A stretch of DNA of 64,000 bases from contig JAAILG010000134.1 of NCBI GenBank assembly GCA_012026655.1, forward strand, positions 62,001 through 126,000. Reading direction: 5' to 3'. The notes under the pieces are model-generated. The model saw only the letters and a program-made list of their open reading frames with translations. It had not been told where the DNA came from and did no database searches. Made by a program: the position numbers and the translations under genes. The DNA is from Hydrolagus affinis. Its lineage: Eukaryota. Of this stretch, positions 13,373-25,059 are shown one piece after another. Every line of letters begins with the position of its first letter. Position 1 is the first letter of the stretch.

Positions 13373-15991
13373 GAGTATTTGAACATTTTTCACAATACTT
13401 TTCAATCATCTACACTTTTGTTTCTCATGAGGCACTCATCCAGGTTTTTTTTTAAAAAATGCAAAATTACAGTTTTCTTTAAGCTGGGAGTCTGTTGCAT
13501 TAGTCTATTTTCTAGGAGAGAAAAATAAATCAACTCTAGGATAATACCACTTAGAGAACAATAGTGTTTCAAATGCTCGGACAATGCCACATCCAGTCTT
13601 TCACTTTCTACCATAACTGAAGAGCTGCCCTTCTCGTCAGCCTTTCTCAACAGCAAGAAGATGGACATGAGCTGAAGACTGAAAGTCAGGGTTCTGTGTA
13701 GATACCAGATGCAGAGCTATGCTTTCTCCATATGCTATGCTTTCTCTTAAGCATTGTAAACAGTCAGTGTAACTGCGGCTTCTTGATCAAGCTGCTGCTA
13801 AAATGTTGTTCACCCAGAAGGAACATGAATCCGTTACACAAATGATTTTTTCACAATTTAATTTGCTTACAGTCAGTTTTAATCTAAAACAACATTCCCA
13901 TCTGAGGTGGTGCTGAGCAAAACACCACATTCCAACTCTACAGGAGGGAAGAGCATTGCAATGGTCCATTCACAATTCCTTCCTTACATGCCTCATTCCT
14001 TAAAATTCCTCACACAAGATAAACTATTTTTGAAGAACTACAGGTTCAGTCTTTGTTTGAAAGAGTATTCTACACTCGTTAACTGGCGTCCAAGGTAACA
14101 CTGAATTAAAACTTGGCCAAACGTTTGCATGATCTTAAATTTGTTGACAGTGACCTTATGAGAAAGACCATGGGAAATACCATACCTAATGCTTTTGACT
14201 TATAGACTTTTTAAAAAAAAACAATATTTGCATAATAAGACAAAAATCAAGCTTGAAAAATACATACAGAAGCAATGAAACAGATTTTTTTGTGTATGTA
14301 TTTAACTGAAGCATCTAATACCAATACTGCCATCCTTACAATACCAGTTTGATGTGCCTAAATGTTGATTATAATTTGAACCTGGGCGCCTGGCACTTGT
14401 AGCAGAGATCTCTGAGAGCTTTCTTCCTGTGCCTCCTCTATTTTGCATATATGCATCACCAAATGAAGAGACAGGTGCATTAGTTTCCTTCGTGGGCAGT
14501 TTACATGATTTTAATTGGCTTTGTATACATTTTTCTTTAAAAATTTACCATCTCATAGCAGAATGCTGCCTCTCACTGAGCAGGTGTAGGATGAAAGGCA
14601 GTACGGCAGATTGTCAAACCAGCACATGCAAGTGCTGGGGGTTGTTAAACACATTTACAACACAGCAGCTTGAATCACACATTGACATCTGCTGCTAAAA
14701 ACTAATAGAATAACATACGCGATCATTTCACTGCAGTTAATTTCATATTAGCCAATGGAATAAAATGCTTAGAGGCAATCAAGATGCCATTGAGGGGCAC
14801 CAGACGATTAATTTGGGAACATTTCAACACGCCTTCAAAATCTGAAGCCGATCGGAATATTTGTTTATGTCTGGAACCATATCATGGGAAAAAGACAACA
14901 TTCAGTGCAGTTTTCCAGTATTATGGTAGACTAACTGTACTTAAGCAATCATTATTCACTTTGGAATCTTGTCCCATCTGTTTGTGTATGCATCAGACCA
15001 CATTCTGCAGGTAAGATTGCAAGCAAGGGATAGAAGGAAATACAGTGTAAAATTAACAATAATGTTCCGCATTGTCCTGGCAAGAATTCTTTCATATCTA
15101 TTGGTCTTTGTAGAAGGGTTGTACATGCTTGCAAATTGTGCATGCTATTAAAAATGCCATGGTGTGCAAAGGCCCCAGAATATCAGGTACGTAATCATCA
15201 GGATTTCTTCGGAAAAGCCAGCAAAGAAGTAACTAGTGAGCAAGTACTGTAGAGTTACACTACATATTGTGACAGCAAAACTTCTGCTAGAACTACTGAT
15301 CATCTGCAGTCTAAAACTCATACACACCTGGAAAAACGCCATCAAAACCAGGTACCTTTAGTGCTACAACCCAGTTGTTGATTAATAAAACTATAACATA
15401 TCCTAAAAGAAAAAGAGATGTGTAGATGGATGTGGCGCATTCACTTGCAAGGGCATTGGCAATCTAATGCAAGCATTCCCAAGCAGATAGGCTGATAGAC
15501 TCATTTTTTTGCAAAAGAACACAAGCAACAAGAATAATGCCAAAGGGAGCTTCACTTTACTGTAAATACCTGCCAGAAATGTTTGAATTGGATCTGGCTC
15601 ACTTTAAGAAACTTGTGAAGGATGTATAGCTTTCAGGTACTGTTATTATTTACAACAAAGACAAGAAAAACAGCAGTTACATTTTGAAGCCAGACCTGGA
15701 TGTACTTGGATCTTGTAACACCACTTCCTTGTCAGTTTTAATACAGAAGATGTTGAACAAACACAAAAAGCAGTGGAAGGATACTGTTTGTTTTTGCAGA
15801 GATTCAACAAGGTACGTAAAAAAAACTGCAGATTTGTAAAGAGATGAGTAGATGGATACAAAGGCAGAATTCAACCTATTTGCTCATCACAACCTATGTC
15901 ATTTGTTGGACGGTGTTATAAAAGGAGTCAAATATTCAAAACTTTAGCAAAACACGGTAGATTTTGCAATGACCTGGGACTCTTTTTAAAT

Positions 15992-16812
15992 AACAACAAC
16001 AACAACTTCGATTTATATAGCGGCCTTCACGCCGGACGACGTCTCAGAGCGCTTCACAGTAGCGGATCTCGGGAATGAGCCTGGGGCAGGGGTAGAAAGG
16101 TGACCAAAGGTACGGTTGAAACTGCGGTTGATCTGAAACTGGGAAGAGAGGGGGCAAGGCGAAGGGAGTGAGGAAAGGAGTTCCAGAGCCTTGGGGCGTG
16201 GTGGTTGAAGGCATGGTCGCCGAGGGTGGAGCGGAGGATTCGGGGGACATGAAGGAGGCCAGACCTGGTGGAGTGAAGACAACTGGTGCTGGTTTGGGGA
16301 GAGAGGAGATCAGAGAGGTAGGGGGATTGCAGAGGAGTGGAGGGACTTGAAAACAAGGGTGAGGATCTTGAAGTCGATCCTATCTAGGATAGGGAGCCAG
16401 TAAAGTCTGGCAAGGACTGGGGTAATGGGGGAGCGAAGCTTGGTGTGGGTGAGTATGCGGGCGGCAGATTTTTGAATTAGCTAGATTTTGTGGATTGTGG
16501 TGGCGGGGAGACCGGCGGGGAGGGAATTGCAATAGTCCATCCGAGAGGTGACAAAGGTGTGGACCAAGGTTTCAACGGCTTTTGGGGTGAGGTATTGCCG
16601 GAGACAGGCAACCTGTCGGAGGTGGTAGAAGACAGTGCTGGTGAGAGACCGGATGTGGGGGAGGAAGGACAGTTGGGGGTCGAACCTGACGCCTAGGTTG
16701 CTCACAGGTTTGGAGAGTTTTAGGGGCAGACCGGGAAGGTGGAGGTGGTAAGAGCCGTGCGAATGGAGATGTTGATGAGAGCCAAAGAGTATGGCCTCCG
16801 TCTTGACAACAT
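15992..16812 (-). mobile_element. 5'-truncated L2 LINE: degenerate C-terminal part of ORF2 (RT) plus 3' tail
   Basis: Translation KTEAILFG...VSNLGVRFDPQLSFLPHI...FYHLRQVACLRQYL...ETLVHTFVTSRMDYCNSL is typical L2 ORF2; (GTT)n tail at 15992-16006; stops and frameshifts present. Confidence 0.92.
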
Positions 16813-16835
16813 AATGGTCGCGCAAGAAAGTACTG

Positions 16836-17049
16836 TAATAATAATAATAATAATCCTTGCATTTGATATAGCGTTTTTCACATCTTATCGACGTCTCAAA
16901 GCTCTTTGCAGAATATACTGTAAAGTGAATTGACTGTATATTTGTGGGCGAAATGCGGCAGCCAATTGCACACCACAGTGTCCCATAAACAGTCATGGAT
17001 TTAAATGACCAATTTTATTATTATGTTTTTTTTTAGGGATTATTATTAT
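16836..17049 (-). mobile_element. 5'-truncated Deu SINE
   Basis: (TAA)n then atccttgcatttgatatagcg...gcagccaattgcacaccacagtgtccc, the reverse complement of the SINE 3' half. Confidence 0.9.
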
Positions 17050-18309
17050 GGAACACAGTATTTATGAGTTTGAGGCAGCTGAACCGAGCAACACAATCAG
17101 CCTTCGGTTCATGCAGAGAGATGAAGGCTTGGCGTGCATTTTTTCCAATACATGGGGAATGTGTAAGAATGCATCTGTGGCTCTGACATCACCAGCATCA
17201 CTGTACTTTACAGTGTTGGGTATCTTCAGTTTCACACAAAGCCACTGGCACACTGGAGGCAGTAAATCAAACTCTGGCACCTTAATTTATTACCTTTCTC
17301 AACAGTACATTTGCCAAAACAAGCTATGTACATGGACAGTAATGAAGAAAAACAAGATGTGTTGTCTTAACTTTTTTTTGACTGAAAACATAACAGCTGT
17401 GATTGACATCATGAAAGGTTCTCTCGTGAAAGGAGCAGCAACATGTTCTTTGCTGAATTGCTTGCCTTTGGAAGAGCAATAAGATACAGAAAGAAGCTTC
17501 CATTTGTTTTACAAGACCATATTTGACAAATGGTATTCCTCCTTGGCCAGAAAGATTTCATCTTCCAAAATGAGATTTGAGAGCAGCTCTTCTAGATTGT
17601 GTTACACAGTGGAAATAATCTATTCATTTCGAAAGCGAAATTCTCTTTTAAGAACTACAGATTTCTGTTAATAGTATAACAGATTAACAGCAAAAATCAA
17701 CAGATTACCACTCTGAAGCAATTTCAAACATCAGTTTAACCATTCACAATTTCCAGAACGGAAAGCAGCAGCAGTGTCCTGAATTGACTTGCTCTGTACT
17801 GTGAGTGTCAGCTTTATCTGTTTCTTTAACCAGTTCAACATTCAGCATTTATCAAACGTTAGCTGCTTTATTTGTTAAATATGTGTTGTAGGAAATGGCA
17901 GCCAAGTCCCAGAGAGAGGTAAAGGCACAAAAGGCATTTGAACAACGGCTCAATAATACAAATATAAAACTAAAAATCCTACCCCCAAAAGACCCGCAGA
18001 TTTGTGGACCCCACAGATTTCTAAAAACAAATTACCGTAAATCTCCGCATATAAGGCGCACTTTTTTTCACGTCGGAAGATCTCGAAAGTTGGGGGTGCG
18101 CCCTATACGCAGGTACTAGAAATTTTGGGCCTCGGAAATACAGTAAACAGGAGGGGTGGCCGGCGCGCTGGCAGCCAGGGTTTGGTCAGTGTCCGGCGGG
18201 GGTTGGGGGGGAGCGGGTGACGGGGCTTCGGCCTCGGCCGCCCGGGCAGCAGCAGCAGCAGCGGACTTCAGTGCTGTGCTTGCTGCCTGCCTTCTGCCAA
18301 ACCCAGTCT

Positions 18310-18402
18310 GCCTGCTTCCCTCCCTCCCTGCCTCCCTCCCTGCCTCTCTCTCTCTCTCCCTCCCTGCCTCTCTCTCTCCCTCCCTGCTTGCCTGCCTCCC
18401 AC
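18310..18402 (+). repeat. CCCT/CT-rich low-complexity tract inside the MITE, running into the gap
   Basis: cctccctccctgcctccctccctgcctctctctctc... Confidence 0.85.
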
Positions 18403-18646
18403 NNNNNNNNNNNNNNNNNNNNNNNNNNNNNNNNNNNNNNNNNNNNNNNNNNNNNNNNNNNNNNNNNNNNNNNNNNNNNNNNNNNNNNNNNNNNNNNNNN
18501 NNNNNNNNNNNNNNNNNNNNNNNNNNNNNNNNNNNNNNNNNNNNNNNNNNNNNNNNNNNNNNNNNNNNNNNNNNNNNNNNNNNNNNNNNNNNNNNNNNNN
18601 NNNNNNNNNNNNNNNNNNNNNNNNNNNNNNNNNNNNNNNNNNNNNN
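18403..18646. other. Assembly gap (244 N)
   Basis: Run of N. Confidence 1.
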
Positions 18647-19811
18647 TCTGCCTCCCTCCCTTCTGTTGGCATTTTCATTGAAAATGCTTCCGTTTTTTTT
18701 CACCAAGAAAAGGTCAAAAGTGGGGGGTGCGCCTTATACGCGAGTGCGCCTTATACGCGGGTATTTACGGTACCCCAAAACATCAAATGAATAGTCCCCA
18801 AAAGTCAGAAGCCATAAACATAATGCTTGCATTTGAGATGTCTCATTTGTACCATGCCTTTAATTCTAACCTAAAATTATGTTACTTACAATCAACAGTA
18901 AAAAGCGTTATATTCACGCCAGATAGCAAAGACTTTTCCTAGCTCTTACTTCTAGCTACACTACTACAGCAGGTTTATTTAAATAAATGAGATGGATACA
19001 CACGTTTCCTTGAACTGAGGTCTGACTTCAGCTAAAGATGAAGCTTTTTATAAGTAGTACAGACTTGGCATATTGCCCTTGTGACGATTAGATTTTATTC
19101 AATTCAAGATGAGGCAATATTTAGGGTCAGAAAAGCAATTTCATGTTTCATCCAAAACAGAGAGAGATAAAGAGAGAAAGTGGAGGGGTTGGGGTGATTT
19201 GAATATTTTTCAGATTAAGATTATGTTGAGTACTCTACTCTTAGTCACAAATCAAAATTAAGCTGCTGCTTTCAATTCCAGTTCATTTTGTCTCATTGGG
19301 GGGGGAAGTGGGTAGGGGAGGAGAAAGGAGAAATAGTCCCCTTTCCCCTTCCCAGCGCCTTGGGATGTCCTTCTGACGTGAAAGGCTCTACAAGTGTAAT
19401 TTTATTGTTGTTGTTGTCGCTTCCCAGCTATGCCACAAGATGGAGCCTCTCGTAACATCGATGGAGGGAATCATACACTAAGTGCAGACCAATATGATTC
19501 TTTCTGTAGCTGAGCATCAGTCTCCATTTACAGTGGTCATGGCTCAAGGAACCCAGCCTGATTGCATTACATTGCCAACAAGGGAAGGGATATAGAGAAA
19601 AATGGGACAAAATTAACAGTTCAGATAATATCAAATGCAAGGATTATTATATATCAGCAACTGGTTCGGAAGAACAGAAGTGGCAAGAACAATGTCACTG
19701 CAAGAACAAAGCCTTGTAACATTTCTCCTTGTAACTAGAATCCTGAGACTAAGCAACTGCCTCGCTGCTCTGCCAGCCATCTCATATTCTTGGTTATACT
19801 TGTGTCTCTGT

Positions 19812-19915
19812 CCAGTAGCATTTTGGTTGGAGCATTCGCCTCGCAAGCAAAAGGATCCGGGTTCGATTTGTGGAAGGGAAAACCTTAAACTACTTTCCTC
19901 ACTCCACACGCCTAT
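19812..19915 (+). mobile_element. Degenerate tRNA-like SINE head
   Basis: tggttggagcattcgcctcgcaagc...gggttcgat...aaacctt...tttcctcactccacacgcct parallels the SINE 5' part. Confidence 0.6.
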
Positions 19916-20699
19916 GTTTACCTAGGAATAAGTAGAAACCGGGAAGCAGAATGTATAGGTTTAGTGTTTGCTTTCATGGCACTTTAGAAAGTTGTTTTTG
20001 GAATATTTCGGAAAACCATGCATAATGAATGCCAAATGTCACTGTCACAAAATCTGCTGTTGACATTGTCTTTATAAAGTGGATGTAGCATCATTGACCC
20101 ATGCGGAATTGGGGAATTCTCAAACAGCTTTTGAGGAGTATGAGTTTACTTGTTCTTATTGCCTCTCCTATGATATGTTCACAATATTCTGAGTAGCTTG
20201 CTGAGCATGTTCCTTAAAAACCAGGATCCACAAGTTAGTCAGTTGTTACAGGGAAAGGTTCAGCAGTGACCCAACTTGTCAGAATGTGTTCTGTGTAGCT
20301 TGGCCCTGCCAGGATCAAATGCTAATATTCTTGGAAATTACTTTTTTTTTCTCATTGATCAGCAAGAATGGTTTGTGGTGTGATTTATTGCAGCAAACTC
20401 CAGCTGCATTTATAGTCATCCCCCCTTCCCCAATGCAATGTTTGACCCCCATCGCTGTGAAATTCTCCAGGACCACGTTGTATTTAAAGGATGCTGTACG
20501 AATACAAATTGTTGTTATTTGTGGAATAGGACACCCATCGTTCATTAATATGTCTTTGCCATTCTTCAGAGAAACACTGATCTACTTTGGTTTCATCCCT
20601 TTCACTGTTTGACTTAATTCTGCAAATACAACAGTGCAATCCTTTCTGGCCATGGATTTCACTAACTGGGGTGCTTGAACCAATTTTATTCTGTTCTGA

Positions 20700-21170
20700 G
20701 TTTCACTGGTCTTTCCATACACAAAATTCAATTAATTAAAAACTCCGCTGCCCAGATACTAGCCCCAGAAAACGCCGTACCCCACATCACACCAGTCCTT
20801 GCCAGGCTCCACTAGCTCCCAATTACCAAACGGATCAAGTTCAAGATCCTCTTATTCATTTTCAAATCCGTTCATGCCCTTGTACCTGCCTTCCTATCTG
20901 ATCTGCTTGCCCCCCACTCCACTCTGTATCTGCTCGGCTGGCTCCCGTCTTCTGTTTGTCCCTCGTCCCCTCTGCTCCACATTGGTGGCCGGGCCTTCAG
21001 CCACAAAGCACTGGAACTCTCTTCCCCAATCCCTCTGCCTGCGCCCACCCTACTTTTAAATCCAGCCTGAAGACTTTCCTTCCCCCTGCCTTGGGATCAG
21101 ACTCCACCACTGTAGAGTGCTCAGGTCGATAACCAGTGTGAAAGGTGCTATATAAATACTAATGGTTGCT
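20700..21170 (+). mobile_element. Degenerate L2 LINE 3' region
   Basis: aaactccgctgccc (NSAA), cacatcacaccagtccttgcc (HITPVLA), atcaagttcaagatcc (IKFKI), tggaactctcttccc (WNSLP) and tail aaggtgctatataaat. Confidence 0.85.
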
Positions 21171-21519
21171 CTTGAATGTTAAAATGGAAAAGAACTAAAA
21201 GTAACACAAAACACTGAATTGAAAATAAATTAAACTATAAATCCATATAAAAACATGAAATTGCTCAATTGCAAAGTTAACTGAGTGAATCAGGATCTTA
21301 ACAATCTTCCTCTTACCAATAACATTTAATTTCTCCTGTTCAACACTAAGCTATTTTCCTTATCCTTTCATCTTAAAGACATTAACCACCTTTGAGTAAA
21401 AGAAAACTGCTGAAAGGATTAACTGATTACTGTTGTTGAACTTCACCAGGCAGAGTGCAACTTTTGATTATCCTGCTTCTATAATCTGCCTTTTGTACAG
21501 TCATGTTATGGAATTAACT

Positions 21520-21650
21520 CAGCCCATCTCCAACCCCTCTTTTCTTTCCAAGATCCTTGAAAGAGTTGTTGCTTCCCAGCTTCACTCACTTTCTTGCCTA
21601 CCACTACCTACATGAGCCCCTATGATCGGGTTTCCGTGATGCTCACAGTG
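21520..21650 (+). mobile_element. L2 RT-domain fragment
   Basis: Translates PISNPSFLSKILERVVASQL followed by a degenerate SGFR..HS motif. Confidence 0.8.
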
Positions 21651-22539
21651 ATGCTACATTTTGAAATGTTAAGCTTTGCTCCACATGCTGGTTAACTCTT
21701 ACCCTGCCTCATCAAACATTTCCGTTGTGTTTTGGGATTTCTAGCAGGTTAATTACGAAGCTTCTAGTCCGTAGGATGGGTCAGCTGTTCACTGAAAATA
21801 ATGACTGCTGAGACCACTCTGCTCAACATTACCTTGGCTCAGGTAAACATAGGCACAGATAAGAAGCTTATCAGCTAACAATGGTTAATGAGAAAGTAAA
21901 TGCGCCCTAGCCATGGATTGCACTAAGCCAATCTAAATCTGAAGCTAAGGAGCTTTCCTCCTGTACTCCTGACACAATCAATTGAAAGATAATTACTGTA
22001 TCTTTGTCTAATGATGTCCCTCCACACACCTGCATTGTACATTCCCTCCTTTCATTTTATAATTTGACCTATTCATGCAATCTTCTCTTAAAATCAAGCT
22101 CAGCAAATCAAAACTGTTTTGCTTTTACTTAAAATACAGATTATCTGACCAGAGCATCACTCAAGACTCAAAACACATCAATTCATGAAATTATTCCTAA
22201 GAATTAAGAGAAATATTCAACAACAGTATTGACTTGAATGACATAGTGTATCAATAGATTATGAATAAGCAGCAATCGAATCTGACAAAGTAGATAAATT
22301 AGAAAATGCACGTACACACACACAGTTGAAGAATCCCTGGGTTAATCACCAATCTCCCAGATATTCACTGTTGCACCAAGCCAGCTTCCCAGATATCAAC
22401 ATCATAGAACATTACAGCAAAGAAACAAGCAATTTGACTCAACTGGTCCATGGCGGTGATTATTTTCTGTAAGTGTTTCCACCCCCAACCAATCCCTTTT
22501 CCTATAGCCCTCCTGTGCATCAAATTTCCGCTTAAGGTG

Positions 22540-22826
22540 GCAAGTGAGGTAAACAATAAAAAAAATCATGTCAAAGTGTACTTTGAACTATATAATTTCA
22601 GAAATAAACTGTTTTGATTGGTGAAATAAACTTATTTCCAAAGAAATACAGGGAATGTGACATGAAATAAGCACTTCCGGTTTATTTTATTGTTGAATTC
22701 TTATTCTTTACTTTATATTTCTTTGGAAATAAGTTTATTTCACCAATCAAAACAGTTTATTTCTGAAAGTATATCGTTCAAAGTTCACTTTGACATGAAA
22801 AAACAATATTTTTTTACCCCACTTGC
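22540..22826. repeat. Fold-back inverted repeat, probably a non-autonomous DNA element
   Basis: Core arms 22566-22648 and 22716-22798 are reverse complements with 3 mismatches; outer gcaagtg(a/g)ggtaaa also pairs; 67-bp spacer. Confidence 0.9.
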
Positions 22827-23756
22827 TGATCCACTGTTCATCAACCACAGCTTCCAATCAATAAAAAAGTGTTGCTACAGTTTTTCACTATTCTTGGAGA
22901 CTTTCATTTGAATGCTACATTTATATTGCATGTTTAGCTATGATTCATCAGCTAACATACAGTATAAATCTAGGCTGAGGCAGCACGAATGGCTGTGCTC
23001 TTGACATTACCTGGAGGTGGTGGTAGTGGCAGGAGTAATGAGATCACACTCGGGCAATAGCAATATGATCGATGTAAATTAACTGGGCCTGCTCCTCTGC
23101 AGTTAATTCACTTCTCCTGGTCAATGAACCATCCAGTAACTTCCAAAATATTGTTTATAATAGTATTGGAAAGACTACTGCACAGCTGACTCTAACATCT
23201 GCACATGCACTAAGCTGGAAATGATGTTTAAACGTAGCATGAAAACAGCCATTGAAGGTGAAAGTCCAACAGAACATATTTTTAAAAAACTAAATGCATT
23301 ACAACAACAAAATTACATTTATAGAGCGCTTTTCAGATCGGGAGGACATCCTAAAACACCTTAGAACAAATTGTACACTTAAGTCGAAGAAAAATGATCG
23401 GAATATGACACCTTTGTTTTTGCACTACACCACAGTTACTTTAATTATGACAAGTATTGATGGGTTTACTGCTGGAGTCATTAACAGTCTAAATGAATAA
23501 GGATGCAGACCAGCCCAGCGTGTTGAGCTGACAGCACATATGCACGTCGCACAAAGCAGGTTATAGACAACAGCAGGCTGATTAGCATAACAGTGCCTCA
23601 CATTCACAGCAAGTAGTTAAGTCATTTAACCAGTTTCAAGAGTCACAAAATGTAACCAGTTTTGCTGCAGCCTAAACTAAAGTATTCAGTTCCTTTTCTT
23701 CTTTTTAGCTCCTTCATCTCCGAAGACCTTAAAACTATAAAGCAGCTTCAGACTCG

Positions 23757-23942
23757 GCTCGCCTTACAAGCGAGAGACCTGGGTTCAATTCCCAGGCAGG
23801 GCAAAAACCTTGGGCAAGTTTCCTTATTCCACACCTGATAATAATCAGTGAAAAAAATTGGTCATTTCAACCCATGACTGTTTGTGGCACACTGCTGTGC
23901 ACAATTGGCTGCTGCATTTCGCCCACAAATATATAGTCAATT
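23757..23942 (+). mobile_element. Deu SINE truncated at both ends
   Basis: B box gggttcaattccc, aaccttgggcaagtttcctt and Deu core present. Confidence 0.88.
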
Positions 23943-24731
23943 TGTGGTTCTGTGTTACTGGAGCTACAGAATTTGATGCATAGTGTAGAACACATTCCAC
24001 CACACTAACAATTTAAGACATGAACAGCGATTCCTAGTCAAGCACCTCCCAAATAAGTTCAACACAAGCCAGTGGAACTACAACCACATCGCTTCACAGC
24101 ATGAAGTCCCACAGCAACAGGTTTATGTCAGAAGACAAAGTCTACAAGATCACACAGACACCTCTGCCCATTTGATCTCATCTTCCAGAATACCCACCCA
24201 ACCAACTTCACAATACATCATACAGTTTCATAAATCAGCAGCTGCTCTCTATATAAAGCAATATTTCTTGATGTCAATCCTGAAATTGCATTTCATTTAC
24301 GGAAACTGTGTCCCTTTCTCTTCCCTCCTTGTGTGTTGGAAAGTAGTGTTCGGACATGACTTTCTCAATCCTGTTAAGGTTCCTTTCTGACATATTTCCT
24401 TTCAAGGTTGAAGAGCCCCAGGCTTCCCACTTGTTCCTCATAGATCATGTTTCTAACAATGGGAGTGACATACAACAGTCCTTGCTCCTAATATAGTGCC
24501 ATATCATATCATTGAAATGTCCAACCATGTGCCACAGGATTTACTATAAATTGTAATGATGGTGCATTTGTGGGCAACATGGCAGTCAATTTGTGTACAT
24601 CGATGTCCCACAAACAGGCAGGAAAGGAATGAATAATTTTATTTGGAGCATCATTGTCAAGGAAACTTGGAGAAAGTACTCTCTCAACAGGAGAAAAAGT
24701 AAAACCACCATCACCAAGAGGAAATGCACTC

Positions 24732-25059
24732 AACAATAACAATAATAATGATAATAATCCTTGCATTTGATACAGCGACTTATCACATCTTCTATACGTC
24801 TCAAAGTGCCTCACAGAATATACTGTAAAGTGAATTGACTGTATATTTGTGGGCAAAACACAGCAACCAATTGCGCACAGCAGTATGCCACAAACAGTCA
24901 TGGATTGATTTTTCAGTGATTATTATCAGGCATGTGGAGTAAGGAAACTTGCCCAAGATTTTCGACCTGCCTGGGAATTGAACCCAGGTCTCTCGCTTAT
25001 AAGGTGGGAGACCTGGATTCAATTCCCAGAGCAGGTTGAACCACTGAGCTACAGGACTC
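24732..25059 (-). mobile_element. Full-length Deu SINE with an internal inverted duplication in the head
   Basis: Tail at 24732-24770, Deu core near 24860-24890, head ends aaccactgagctacaggactc. Confidence 0.92.

Larger units (their letters stand above)
18035..18770. mobile_element. Non-autonomous Tc1/mariner-superfamily (pogo/Tc2-like) DNA transposon (MITE)
   Basis: 27-bp TIRs CCGTAAATCTCCGCATATAAGGCGCAC and revcomp CCGTAAATACCCGCGTATAAGGCGCAC (3 mismatches); TA on both sides (18033-18034, 18771-18772); subterminal GTGCGCCYTATACGC repeats; GC/CpG-rich interior. Confidence 0.88.

Noticed and set aside
16481-16996. 171-aa ORF as a gene
   Set aside because: Chance fusion of SINE sequence with a decayed L2 ORF2
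18116-18794. Long ORFs of 136-212 aa
   Set aside because: Artefacts of the N gap and low-complexity MITE interior
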